Of a DNA stretch of 64,000 nucleotides, positions 21,478-32,016 are shown piece by piece. Every line of letters starts with the position of its first letter. Position 1 is the first letter of the stretch. The position numbers were made by a program, and so were the translations under genes. Origin of the DNA: Bacteroidales bacterium UBA5281 (GTDB lineage: Bacteria; Bacteroidota; Bacteroidia; Bacteroidales; Lentimicrobiaceae); NCBI GenBank assembly GCA_002410555.1, contig DHSR01000050.1, positions 9,761 through 73,760 of the forward strand, read 5' to 3'. The notes under the pieces are model-generated. The model saw nothing but the letters and a program-made list of their open reading frames with translations, was not told the origin of the DNA and ran no database searches.

Positions 21478-21581
21478 AAAAGGAAACAAGATTTGGCAAT
21501 AGCTGTTTAACTTCCTGTTAACACATTTTTATCGGAAACAATGGATGACCCATTGCATTATGACTAATAAAAACTAAAAAA

Positions 21582-22583
21582 ATGAACCGTAAAATTCTAT
21601 TGAAATCCCGTCCAAACGGAATGCCTGATGCAAAAAATTTTGAAATTACTGAAACGACAGTTTCTGATCCAAAAGAGGGGGAATTATTGCTGAAAGCCTT
21701 GTATATTTCTGTTGATCCTTATATGCGCGGCCGCATGAGCGATGCCAAATCATATGCTCAGCCTTTTGAAATAGGCAAACCCATGCAGGGCGGCATTGTG
21801 GCTCGTGTAATGGAAAGCCGTGCTGATAATTTCAAAGCCGGCGATGTAGTACTGGGCATGTTAGACTGGCAGGAAGTACAGACCGCACCTGCCTCAGTAG
21901 TAAACAAGATCGAAGAGGGTATGGCGCCTTTGAGTTATTACCTTGGGATACTCGGAATGCCGGGTCTTACGGCTTATTTTGGATTGCTTGACATCGGTAA
22001 GCCTCAGCAGGGCGAAACCGTGGTGGTTTCAGGAGCTGCCGGAGCGGTGGGTACGGTGGTATGCCAGATTGCTAAAATCAAAGGATGCCGTGTGGTGGGA
22101 ATTGCCGGCACTGATGAAAAACTTGCTTATTTAAAGAATGAACTGGGTGTGGATGAAGTAATTAACTATCATTCAACACCTGATATGCAGAAGGCGATTT
22201 CTCAGGCCTGCCCCGATGGCGTGGATGTATATTTTGACAATGTAGGTGGTGAAATTTCGGACGCGGTAATGATGGCATTGAATAAATATGCGCGGGTGGT
22301 AATCTGTGGTCAGATTTCACTGTACAATGTTACCGAAATGCCGATGGGCCCACGTTTGCAACCCTTGATTTTAAAGCGCAGTGTATTGATGCAGGGCTTT
22401 ATTGTGAGCAATTATGCTGAGCGATTTACCGAAGCGGCGCAGCAACTGGGAAAGTGGGTTGCTGAAGGCAGATTAAAATATGAGGAAACCATAGTAGAAG
22501 GTTTTGAAAAGCTGCCCCAAACATTTCTTGGCCTTTTTGAAGGAAAAAATACCGGGAAGTATCTGGTGAAGGTGGCTGAATAA
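21582..22583 (+). CDS. NADP-dependent alkenal/prostaglandin reductase-like MDR oxidoreductase (CurA/YncB family)
   Basis: SVDPYMRGRM, GMPGLTAY, SGAAGAVG, FDNVGG, CGQISLYN. Confidence 0.92.
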   Translation: MNRKILLKSRPNGMPDAKNFEITETTVSDPKEGELLLKALYISVDPYMRGRMSDAKSYAQPFEIGKPMQGGIVARVMESRADNFKAGDVVLGMLDWQEVQTAPASVVNKIEEGMAPLSYYLGILGMPGLTAYFGLLDIGKPQQGETVVVSGAAGAVGTVVCQIAKIKGCRVVGIAGTDEKLAYLKNELGVDEVINYHSTPDMQKAISQACPDGVDVYFDNVGGEISDAVMMALNKYARVVICGQISLYNVTEMPMGPRLQPLILKRSVLMQGFIVSNYAERFTEAAQQLGKWVAEGRLKYEETIVEGFEKLPQTFLGLFEGKNTGKYLVKVAE

Positions 22584-22661
22584 GCTTCTATTGCTAAAAA
22601 TACCTCTCACAATACATTCAGAATCAGATATGTTTCAAAAATAAACTTAAAGACAAAAAAC

Positions 22662-23822
22662 ATGAAGAATTTTAATTTTTACAATCCGGTAAGGATTTTA
22701 TTTGGAAAAGGAAAAATCGCTGAAATAGGAAAATATATCCCTGAAAATGCGCGCATTATGATTACTTACGGCGGTGGCAGCATTATGAAAAACGGGGTTT
22801 ACGACCAGGTTATAGCAGCACTGAAAGGAAAGAATGTGGTTGAATTTGGTGGCATTGAGGCCAATCCGCAGTATGAAACCCTGCTGAAGGCGGTGGAAAA
22901 GGTGAAAGCCGAAAATGTCGATTTTTTGCTTGCCGTTGGAGGTGGTTCAGTACTCGATGGAACCAAATTTATTGCCGCAGCAGCCTATTATGACGGTGAT
23001 GAACCCTGGGAAATACTCTCCCGCATGAGGCCAATACGCAAAGCAATGCCGCTGGCATCGGTTATTACACTTGCTGCCACCGGAAGTGAGATGAACAGCG
23101 GAGGCGTAATTACCCGTGCAGAAACGCAGGAAAAGCTGTCTTTCGGTTCACCTTTGCTTTTTCCACAGTTCTCGGTATTGGATCCTGAAGTTACCTTTAG
23201 TCTTCCAAAACAGCAGGTCGCCAATGGCATTGTTGATGCTTACATTCATGTAATAGAGCAATATCTGACCTACCCGGTCAATACACCTATTCAGGACCGG
23301 TTTGCCGAGGGAATTCTGCTTACGCTGATTGAAGAAGGTCCCAAAGCCATCAATAACCCCGAGCCTGATTATGACAACAGGGCCAACCTGATGTGGGCTG
23401 CCACCATGGCTTTGAACGGACAACTTTCGCTGGGCGTGGAAACCGACTGGGCCACCCATATGATTGGCCACGAACTCACTGCTTACCACGGTATCGACCA
23501 TGCGGTAACGCTGGCCATTGTTCTTCCCGGAGTGATGCGCCTTTTGAAAGAAAAACGCAGTGAAAAACTCCTGCAGTATGCCGAAAGGGTATGGAACATT
23601 ACCCAGGGCAGAGAAGAAGATCGCATTGAAAGCGCCATTAAAAAGACCGAACAGTTCTTCAAATCACTGGGCATAGGCATCCGGCTTTCCGATCATGAAG
23701 TAGGGGAGGATACCATTGACCGCATTATTGAACGCTTCAACTTCCGTCGTATGAAAACGGTGGGCAATCAAAAAGATATTAGTGTTGAAGATGTGAGACT
23801 GGTGCTGGAAGATGTAAAGTGA
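22662..23822 (+). CDS. Iron-containing NADPH alcohol/aldehyde dehydrogenase (YqhD/Bdh-like)
   Basis: GGGS, AVGGGSVLD, TGSEMN, DWATHMIGHELT. Confidence 0.9.
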   Translation: MKNFNFYNPVRILFGKGKIAEIGKYIPENARIMITYGGGSIMKNGVYDQVIAALKGKNVVEFGGIEANPQYETLLKAVEKVKAENVDFLLAVGGGSVLDGTKFIAAAAYYDGDEPWEILSRMRPIRKAMPLASVITLAATGSEMNSGGVITRAETQEKLSFGSPLLFPQFSVLDPEVTFSLPKQQVANGIVDAYIHVIEQYLTYPVNTPIQDRFAEGILLTLIEEGPKAINNPEPDYDNRANLMWAATMALNGQLSLGVETDWATHMIGHELTAYHGIDHAVTLAIVLPGVMRLLKEKRSEKLLQYAERVWNITQGREEDRIESAIKKTEQFFKSLGIGIRLSDHEVGEDTIDRIIERFNFRRMKTVGNQKDISVEDVRLVLEDVK

Positions 23823-23831
23823 GTATCATTT

Positions 23832-23864
23832 GACCTGACAGGTCTTCTTCAAACCAGTTAGGTC
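23832..23864. repeat. REP-like imperfect palindrome between convergent genes
   Basis: gacctgacaggt-cttcttcaa-accagttaggtc (10/12 complementary). Confidence 0.55.
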
Positions 23865-23937
23865 TTCCTGAATAGTAAAATCTCCCGATAAACCTAACAA
23901 GCCGGAAGCGGAAGATGACTTGTTAGGTTTTTTTTTA

Positions 23938-26817
23938 CTATTTCCCATACAACTCCTTTTCCTTCACATACACCAACTTGCCAAATTTTTCCAGGTCTTT
24001 GGTATCTATACGCTTTTTATTGCCAACAATGCATATCACCATAGGTTTATCGGCAATGTTATCGGTATAAAATTGCTGAATATCATCAAATTCCAGGTTT
24101 TCCCAGGCTTTTTGCTTGATGAAGGCAGGGTCTGTTTCATACCCCTGGTTTTGCCAGCCAACAATTTGAGCACTTAAATCTCTGAAATGGGGCCGTTTGC
24201 TCAAAGAGGAGTTGCTCAGATATTGCTGAATCATTCTGGTACGTTCTGGTTTGGCCGGCATATACCGCACCAGACTGTCAAAAATGGTGATGGCCTGCAA
24301 TGTTTTATCAGCCTGGGTGCCTATTACCCCAGCAAAATAGCTTTCCTTGCCCTTCAATGCCGGATCAACATACTTTGCTCCGGCGCTGTAAGCCATGGAG
24401 CGGGCTTCCCTGATTTCCTGAAGTACAAGTCCGGAAAAATCCCCACCGAAATAAAGATTAAAGGCATCCATTATGCCTTGCTGGTCTGGATGGAAAGTGC
24501 TGCCATTGGCAAAAAAGTAAATATTGCTTTGGGTAGCTTTTTTCTTATCCACAAAGTAAATGGTGTTTTCAGTATATTGTCTCAAATCCATAACCACAGG
24601 TGTTTCCACCGCTTTGCTGTCGCTGGTTTTAAACACGTTCTGGCAATTTTCAGCAACATCTTCCGGCTTCAGATTGCCCGAATAATGGATATTGACTCCA
24701 TAATCCATGATTGATTTAAATGCATCAATCAAATTTTCAGCTTTGTATGATTTTATCTCTTTAAGGTCCGGACGATCAATATATTCAGACTGCACACCAT
24801 ATCTCACATATTGATACAAAGCAGCGGCCACATTGCTGGGTTCACTGCGCTCCACTTTACGTTCCGCTTTGGCTGCTTCATATAAAAGGTCTATCTTTTC
24901 CTGTTCCAGCTCCGGGTTGTCCAGTAATGAACCAACCAGTGCAAGTGTCTCGTTGAACTTGTCGTCAAACCCAATAATTTCTAAACTGGTGTAGCTTTCG
25001 TTACCCGATATGGAATAGGTACTACCATTTGCTGCAATGGCTGCTTTAAATTTCTCCAGGTTGCTTCCTTGTGGATAGGCCAGATTCATGGCTTCGGTGG
25101 CGTATTCTAATTGTGGAAGGGTGTGGTGCCCGACTTTATAATCCACATTCAGTTGAAATACACTGTTGGCCGGATTTTTTACACTATACACATTCATTCC
25201 GGGGGTGGGCGTAATCTTTACAACGTCTTTGTCAAAATCAATAAATTGTTGTTGTATCTGGGTTTCGGGAATGGCTTCAAATTTCTTTGCGTAAGGCGAA
25301 GCGGCATTCATATTTGCCTTCAGGGGCGTGTAATCCGGCTTGTCAATTTTTTGTTTTTTAGGGAATCCCATTTTTGAATAAAAAGCCAGATAATTATCGC
25401 CATAATACTTATTAGCAGTGTTGATGACATCTTCTTTGGTGATGGCCATCAACTGGTTTGGATACTGCAGAAAATCATCAATGGATTGGTAGTGTGCAAA
25501 AGCCGTAGCCAGCGTTGTGCCTCTGTATTCATTAGATTCCATACTGATCTGGTAATCGCGGAAAAGTTCTGTTTTAATGTTTTCAATAAGTGCTTCATCA
25601 AACTCTCCCGACTTTAATTTTTTCAATTCATCTATGATCAGTTTTTCGGCACTGCTTAGTTTCTGACCCAATATCTTGGGAATGAACAATATTATACTGG
25701 CACCCTCATCATTAAATGGCATACTCATTACCTGTGCTCCCATCAACTTGTTGTCCAGGGTCAGCTTATCGAACAATCCGGTTTCGCTTTGGTTGGATAG
25801 CACCGCATTGCATACCGACAGCGGAATTTCATCCGGATGACCAGCAGGCACCGTTCGGAAGCCAAGTATGCCTAATTTTATAGGGCTTAGTTTCATTGTA
25901 ACCTCTTCCCTGCCATTGAAAGTTTCCTCGGTATATACTAAGCGCTCCGGCGTTTCTTTTCTTTCCCACTTCCCGAATTTAGCTTCAATTATAGGTTTTA
26001 CGATTTTTTTGTCAAAATCACCGGTGAGGATAAGTGCCATATTGTTGGGCACATACCAGGTGGTGAAAAAGTCATACATCTTGGTCAGGGAGGGGTTTTT
26101 AAGGTCTTCGATGGTTCCTATCAGCGTTTGCTGACCATAAGGATGATTGCGGTAAAAGTTCTTATTGAAATTTTCGATCATCGAACTCGCAAAATTGTCA
26201 GAATACATATTTTTCTCTTCATAAACCACTTCCAGTTCAGCCTGGAAGCCACGGAATACCGGGTTTTCGAAGCGATGGCTGTATAAATCCAGCCATTTTT
26301 CAATTTGTGTGGAAGGGAAGGCGTTATAAAAAATGGTGTAATCGTTTATGGTTCCTGCGTTTACGTTGGTTCCGCCCATGGTTCGCAGAATATTGAACAT
26401 TTCTCCGGGAATGGCATATTCATTTGCTTTAAGCGATTCAGCATTGATTTCTTTTTGGATGATTTTTCGTTTCTCCGCATCGGTTTCCCTGCCAAGCTTA
26501 TCGTACAGCCTGAAAATGCTGTCGATATGTGGTTTTTCAGCCTCCCAGTTGATTGTTCCCAGCTCCTGAGTACCTTTAAAGAGCATGTGCTCCATGTAAT
26601 GTGCCATACCGGTTGCGTCTTTGGGGTCATCCTTGCCACCGGCACGAACCATTACACTGCCAAAGACCTGCGGCAGGTGGTGGTCTTCGTTTAAAATTAC
26701 GGTCAGACCGTTGTTTAGTTGGTAAACCTCTACATCTATGGGCGTGTAGTCGGTTTGCTGGGCCCGTGTGGCTATAACCATTAACCCAATAAGAACTAGA
26801 AGGAAACTTCTTTTCAT
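23938..26817 (-). CDS. Large single-chain M16 zinc peptidase
   Basis: GMAHYMEHMLF and C-terminal QEIREARSMAYS. Start 26817 gives a signal peptide and lies downstream of a TACATTTG box (26846-26853). Confidence 0.92.
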   Translation of the reverse strand: MKRSFLLVLIGLMVIATRAQQTDYTPIDVEVYQLNNGLTVILNEDHHLPQVFGSVMVRAGGKDDPKDATGMAHYMEHMLFKGTQELGTINWEAEKPHIDSIFRLYDKLGRETDAEKRKIIQKEINAESLKANEYAIPGEMFNILRTMGGTNVNAGTINDYTIFYNAFPSTQIEKWLDLYSHRFENPVFRGFQAELEVVYEEKNMYSDNFASSMIENFNKNFYRNHPYGQQTLIGTIEDLKNPSLTKMYDFFTTWYVPNNMALILTGDFDKKIVKPIIEAKFGKWERKETPERLVYTEETFNGREEVTMKLSPIKLGILGFRTVPAGHPDEIPLSVCNAVLSNQSETGLFDKLTLDNKLMGAQVMSMPFNDEGASIILFIPKILGQKLSSAEKLIIDELKKLKSGEFDEALIENIKTELFRDYQISMESNEYRGTTLATAFAHYQSIDDFLQYPNQLMAITKEDVINTANKYYGDNYLAFYSKMGFPKKQKIDKPDYTPLKANMNAASPYAKKFEAIPETQIQQQFIDFDKDVVKITPTPGMNVYSVKNPANSVFQLNVDYKVGHHTLPQLEYATEAMNLAYPQGSNLEKFKAAIAANGSTYSISGNESYTSLEIIGFDDKFNETLALVGSLLDNPELEQEKIDLLYEAAKAERKVERSEPSNVAAALYQYVRYGVQSEYIDRPDLKEIKSYKAENLIDAFKSIMDYGVNIHYSGNLKPEDVAENCQNVFKTSDSKAVETPVVMDLRQYTENTIYFVDKKKATQSNIYFFANGSTFHPDQQGIMDAFNLYFGGDFSGLVLQEIREARSMAYSAGAKYVDPALKGKESYFAGVIGTQADKTLQAITIFDSLVRYMPAKPERTRMIQQYLSNSSLSKRPHFRDLSAQIVGWQNQGYETDPAFIKQKAWENLEFDDIQQFYTDNIADKPMVICIVGNKKRIDTKDLEKFGKLVYVKEKELYGK

Positions 26818-27269
26818 CGCAGATATTTTATGAATTTGTATAAAGCAAATGTAAGGAAACAATTTCTTCTTTTACAACTAAGTGTAAAATATATCATTTG
26901 TATATTAAAAAGTTCGTTTATTGTTATTTATTGGATTTACTTAAACCGGTATCGGGTTTCACTGAAAAATTTTATTATCACCGATAAAATCAGAAATTAG
27001 CCGTGCTTTAATGATGGAAATACATTGCTTAAAACTTTGTGCCTGAGCGGCATTCTTTTTATTTTTCATATCTGGAGTGGCCTGAAATTTATAATCTTGA
27101 GATATTAGATGCCTCGTAAATATGCCAGAAAGCTTGATATACAATAAGTTATAATGTCACGGCTTTTAAGGAGGGATGCTATAAACGCAAAATGAGTTAA
27201 GTTAAAATGATACAAAGGCCATTTCTCATATCCGGTCTTTCAGCTTAAAAGTTTAATTTAGCCGCCCAT

Positions 27270-28415
27270 ATGCTTAGGTCGATGAATATACCTTTTAATA
27301 AACCCCACTTTACCGGAAGAGAAGCTCTTTACATTTCAGAATCTGCCATAACAGGTAAAATCGCAGGCAATGGGCCGTTTACACGAAGGTGTCAGACATT
27401 TTTTGAAGAGAAATATGGCATTAAGAAAGCTTTGTTGACTACCAGTTGTTCTGATGCTCTTGAAATGGCTGCTTTGCTGCTTGATATCGCTCCCGGGGAT
27501 GAAGTGATCATCCCTTCTTTTACCTTTGTGTCAACAGCCAATGCATTCGCTTTGCGCGGCGCACATATTGTTTTTGCCGACAGCAATTCTGAGAATCCAA
27601 ATATTGATGTTACCCTTATTGAAAGTCTCATTAGCGCAAAAACCCGCGCCATTGTGGTAGTTCATTATGGTGGCATTGCCTGCGATATGGACGAAATTAT
27701 GGGAATCGCCAGCAAATACGGTATTCCTGTAGTAGAAGATGCTGCACAGTGCATGGATGCCTTCTACAGGGATCAACCTCTTGGAAGCATCGGAATTATG
27801 GGCACATTATCTTTTCATGAAACCAAAAACATAACCTGTGGAGAGGGAGGTATGCTGATGGTCAACGATGCTTCACTGGTACAAAAAGCTGAAACGGCAT
27901 GGGAAAAAGGAACCAACAGGGCTGCATTTGTACGTGGTGATGTAGAAAAGTATGAATGGGTAGCCCTGGGCAGTTCATATCTACCCAATGAACTTACAGC
28001 AGCTTTTCTTTACGGACAGCTCGAAAATGCTGAAAACATCCGAAAAGACCGGACAAATACTTTTAATAAATATTTTGAGGCACTTAAACCTCTTGAGCAA
28101 CAAGGATTTATTGGCCTGCCTGTAGTACCGGAGTATGCTGTTCCGAATGGGCACATGTTTTTTATTACCACCCGCAATACCGATGACCGGAACAATTTAC
28201 TTCAACATCTTCAGGATAAGGGAGTACTTGCGGTATTTCACTACCTCTCTCTTCACCGTTCACCCTATTTTCAAAATAAGCACGATGGCCGCCAGTTGCC
28301 GAATGCCGACCGCTATACCGATACACTGCTGAGGCTTCCTTTTTATTACGGATTGCAACAGGATGAGATTGATTATATCGGCGCAATGATTACTTTGTTT
28401 TATGAGAATCAATAA
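27270..28415 (+). CDS. wecE: dTDP-4-amino-4,6-dideoxygalactose transaminase
   Basis: IPFNKP, EDAAQ, SFHETKNITCGEGG, EKGTNR, LLRLP. Start may be 27282. Confidence 0.9.
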   Translation: MLRSMNIPFNKPHFTGREALYISESAITGKIAGNGPFTRRCQTFFEEKYGIKKALLTTSCSDALEMAALLLDIAPGDEVIIPSFTFVSTANAFALRGAHIVFADSNSENPNIDVTLIESLISAKTRAIVVVHYGGIACDMDEIMGIASKYGIPVVEDAAQCMDAFYRDQPLGSIGIMGTLSFHETKNITCGEGGMLMVNDASLVQKAETAWEKGTNRAAFVRGDVEKYEWVALGSSYLPNELTAAFLYGQLENAENIRKDRTNTFNKYFEALKPLEQQGFIGLPVVPEYAVPNGHMFFITTRNTDDRNNLLQHLQDKGVLAVFHYLSLHRSPYFQNKHDGRQLPNADRYTDTLLRLPFYYGLQQDEIDYIGAMITLFYENQ

Positions 28416-28480
28416 AGGCTCAGCATAAAAATTGGAAGCGATTCTTAAAGCAAAGTGCCCCAAATCATACGATATGGCCG

Positions 28481-29188
28481 TTAGTTTATCTGGTAGGTCA
28501 ATCCAAAACGCAAAATACTGGCATAGCAAGCTTCATTTTTCCCGCCATCTAAATCCGCTTTATAGTTTACAAGACCTAATGAATATCCTAGGTAAGCTCC
28601 GGTTTTGTTATAATTCGCAGAGATTTTAATTCCTGGCCGGATATCAAAATCTATCGCTTTCCGTTCAGTAGAGGTCTTAACTTTATAGCCGTTTGAGGCA
28701 GTTGCCCGGCCACTTTCTCTTGAGCTTAGGTTATAGGCAACATCAGCACCACCGGTAAAATCAATATTTATATTGTTTACAGCCAATCGGTAACCCAAAA
28801 ATACATTCAGGTTAATGAAATTGGCATTTAAATACGTTCTTCCTTCTGCATCCATGTTCATGTTCTCCGGGGAGCTATTGATAGAGTTGATTTTAATTTT
28901 ACTTCTTAATAATTCATAGCCTAAATCAACACCAACCAGGGTATTGTTTGTTGCTATCTTTATTACATTTGCTGATAGTCCAATGCCAAGACCGCCTCTT
29001 GAACCGTAAGGATTATTTGTATTTCCCGAATTTGTCACTTCATTATAGTTAATAAAAGTTACGGATTCAGCACCGTTGCCTGCAAATGAAAACAATCCCG
29101 AATTGAGTGCAACCCTGATTTCTGTTGTTTGTCCGTAAGAAACCTTTAAACAACTTAGCATTAAAATGGTAAACAATATTTTTTTCAT
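28481..29188 (-). CDS. Outer-membrane beta-barrel protein
   Basis: Signal peptide, amphipathic strands and C-terminal RFGLTYQI. Confidence 0.7.
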   Translation of the reverse strand: MKKILFTILMLSCLKVSYGQTTEIRVALNSGLFSFAGNGAESVTFINYNEVTNSGNTNNPYGSRGGLGIGLSANVIKIATNNTLVGVDLGYELLRSKIKINSINSSPENMNMDAEGRTYLNANFINLNVFLGYRLAVNNINIDFTGGADVAYNLSSRESGRATASNGYKVKTSTERKAIDFDIRPGIKISANYNKTGAYLGYSLGLVNYKADLDGGKNEACYASILRFGLTYQIN

Positions 29189-29211
29189 AATAATAATAAT
29201 AATAATAATAA
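29188..29211. repeat. (TAA)8 microsatellite abutting the start codon
   Basis: Read directly from the sequence. Confidence 0.9.
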
Positions 29212-29400
29212 AGGGTGTTGAAAAAGGAAAACAGCATTTAGCTTAACAAAAGTAAAATTTAGTGCCATGGAATGATGCAAATGTACACTTTATATCCACG
29301 TTTCACAATAAAGATAGTATGATCAGGAGCAATGTTTATAACTTTGCTCATTGCTGGCAAATCAGGTTTGTCATAGGGATGAAAACTTAAATAGTAATGC

Positions 29401-30288
29401 TCATTCGGATAACATTAAATTTCCCGCCAGGTGTTTTTTAGCTTCTGCATTTTTCTTAACCAGCGCTCTGAGCCGTTCAAGGATGTAATTCTTATACTTT
29501 ATTTGCAAAAAATGCCGTTCATTTTCCAGCATATAATACTCAACAGACCTGGCTTTGGTGAGTTTGTTCCGGGCAAAAATTACATTTTCAGGAAAGATAA
29601 GCCGGTCTTTAGTGCCCTGAAATAAAATGACCGGCGCGGTGATCTTACTCCACATCGGTAGCATTTCGTTCAATGACTCCAGATGCGATAATTTTTCATC
29701 ATTGGCTACCATAATTTTTTTTGGCAGCAACCACCTGAAAAACTTATGCCGGATAACATAACTGATGTCATATGTAGTTTCTTCACCAGGGGCCAGAGAA
29801 GCGGAGACAAGCACCAACCCCGAGACTTTGTCGGGTTTAATCATAGCCATTTTAGTGGCTACCGTACCTCCATAGGATGATCCAATAATATAAAGTGGCG
29901 ATGGATAACCCTCTTTTTCAAGAATATCCCACATTTTCCGGGCCTGGCGACGTACTGATTTTTCGGATTTGCCTGCATTGGAGAAACCATATCCCGGGCG
30001 GTCAGCAGCGATAATGTTCGCCCATTTTGCCAGACTTGTATCCGCATAATAGGCATTGTAAACACTCATGCTACTGGGTGAACCATGGATAAAAAACAGG
30101 GTGGGAAAAGTGTCGTTGCGATGGATACTCATATATCCGAGTTTATACACGCTATCCTGTAGTGTTTGTAGTTGAGCTCCCGGAAAGCGCTCCCTTAACG
30201 ATTGTGCTGTTTCTCTGGTTTCAACGCAGGAATTAACACCACATAAGGTTACAATTGCAATCAGGAGATATGTTGATACTTTTTTCAT
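29401..30288 (-). CDS. Alpha/beta hydrolase, probable lipoprotein
   Basis: HGSP, DRPGYGFS, GSSYGG nucleophile elbow and VNSC lipobox. Confidence 0.85.
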   Translation of the reverse strand: MKKVSTYLLIAIVTLCGVNSCVETRETAQSLRERFPGAQLQTLQDSVYKLGYMSIHRNDTFPTLFFIHGSPSSMSVYNAYYADTSLAKWANIIAADRPGYGFSNAGKSEKSVRRQARKMWDILEKEGYPSPLYIIGSSYGGTVATKMAMIKPDKVSGLVLVSASLAPGEETTYDISYVIRHKFFRWLLPKKIMVANDEKLSHLESLNEMLPMWSKITAPVILFQGTKDRLIFPENVIFARNKLTKARSVEYYMLENERHFLQIKYKNYILERLRALVKKNAEAKKHLAGNLMLSE

Positions 30289-30532
30289 CTAAACTTTTGT
30301 TCATTAATACAACGTAAAACGATGGCTCTTGTTTTTACAGAGGCCGGAAAATGAATGTATTCACTACCCAAAAGGAGCAGTAAAGAACATTTAAAAAAAA
30401 ATGGCTTTCCCGTTAAGGATAAAAGAAAACTATATATCTTTAGTGCAAAAATCAAGCCTGGTTCATTATTTTAACTTAAAGTAATGCTTTTTATTGTCAC
30501 AGTGCATTTATGAATTATCAAAAAAATATTCT

Positions 30533-32008
30533 ATGGCATTCGGACTTTCCCCAAAACACCTTAGCGAATTTCCGCTGGAAGATTTATCTCCTGAGCAATT
30601 CCTGGTCATTGCGATAAAAACTGCTGAAAAGCTGGGCTGGAATATTGGTTCAATCAATAAGTCGGGTTTACAGGCTTATACTAAGATGTCGATGGCTTCA
30701 TTCAGCGAAGAGGTAAGTATTAAGATCATCAATGGTAAAGCCCTGTTAAAAAGTGAATGTACCGGAAATCAGTTGATGGACTGGGGTAAAAACAAAGAGA
30801 ATATTGCAAAATTTATTGCGTCTTTTAAAGAGTTAAAGCAGAACGTGCTGCCTGAAGAATTAGAGCAGGCCTATGAAGAACTGAAAAATAGCTTTGATCC
30901 TGATGCTGATGAATTCATCAATATCAGCCCCATTTCCGCAAAAGAAAAGCTAACCGGTATTTTATCAGTATTTATTCCTGTACGCGGATATTTTATTACC
31001 CCCTTACTTATTGATCTGAACATCGTTCTTTTCATAATTATGTCATCAACAGGTGTAAATATTTTAATGCCTGATGGAGAAAGTCTGCTTTTGTGGGGAG
31101 CCAATTTCAGGCCATTGACGCTGGAAGGCGAGTGGTGGCGCCTGCTTACCAGTTGCTTTCTTCACATCGGTATTTTTCATCTGCTTATGAATATGTACGC
31201 CTTATTATATATAGGCCTGCTATTGGAGCCATATCTGGGTAAAGCTAAATTTCTGGCCGCTTATTTACTTACCGGCATTGCCGCAAGTGCAAGCAGCTTA
31301 TGGTGGAATGAACTGGTGATCAGTGCCGGTGCTTCAGGTGCCATCTTTGGGATGTACGGTGTTTTTCTTGCGCTGCTCACTACCAATATCATAGAAAAAT
31401 CAGCCCGAAAGTCCCTGCTAATCAGTATAGGCATTTTTGTGATGTATAATATTTCACATGGATTGAGAAGTGGAGGCATTGACAACGCTGCGCACCTGGG
31501 CGGACTTGTATCAGGTATTATTGCCGGTTATGCTTTTGTACCCGGAATAAGCAAACCGGAAGATTTACGATTGAAAACTTTTACTATTGCTGCCATGATA
31601 GTGGTGGTTATGATAGGTGCGAGCTATGTTTATACCAATATCAGGACTTATGATCTGGAGGCCTATGACGCAAAAATGGAAAAATTTGGTACCATGGAAA
31701 AGCTGGCCCTTGAAATGTACTTCATGCCTTCCACGGCCTCCGAAGAGCGGATACTCCATGAAATAAAAACGGTGAGCCTGTATTATTGGAATGAAAACAA
31801 AGAGCTGATCCGGGAAGCTGACCGGTTATATTTGCCGGCTTTGATTCATGAAAGAAATAAAAAGATGTTTGAATACTGTAACTTACGCATCAAATTGTGT
31901 AAGTTGTTATGTCGTGCTATCGAGGAAAAATCAGAGCAATATGCCGAACAGATTGATGACATTAATCAGGATCTGGAAGTCCTGATAAATGAGCTTAGTC
32001 TGGAATAG
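30533..32008 (+). CDS. Rhomboid intramembrane serine protease with soluble N- and C-terminal domains
   Basis: WWRLLTSCFLH, HLLMNM, GASGAIFG, NAAHLGG. Confidence 0.92.
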   Translation: MAFGLSPKHLSEFPLEDLSPEQFLVIAIKTAEKLGWNIGSINKSGLQAYTKMSMASFSEEVSIKIINGKALLKSECTGNQLMDWGKNKENIAKFIASFKELKQNVLPEELEQAYEELKNSFDPDADEFINISPISAKEKLTGILSVFIPVRGYFITPLLIDLNIVLFIIMSSTGVNILMPDGESLLLWGANFRPLTLEGEWWRLLTSCFLHIGIFHLLMNMYALLYIGLLLEPYLGKAKFLAAYLLTGIAASASSLWWNELVISAGASGAIFGMYGVFLALLTTNIIEKSARKSLLISIGIFVMYNISHGLRSGGIDNAAHLGGLVSGIIAGYAFVPGISKPEDLRLKTFTIAAMIVVVMIGASYVYTNIRTYDLEAYDAKMEKFGTMEKLALEMYFMPSTASEERILHEIKTVSLYYWNENKELIREADRLYLPALIHERNKKMFEYCNLRIKLCKLLCRAIEEKSEQYAEQIDDINQDLEVLINELSLE

Positions 32009-32016
32009 TTATTTAG

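Noticed and set aside
26959..27144. 61-aa intergenic ORF
   Set aside because: No recognisable similarity, so it cannot be supported from sequence alone
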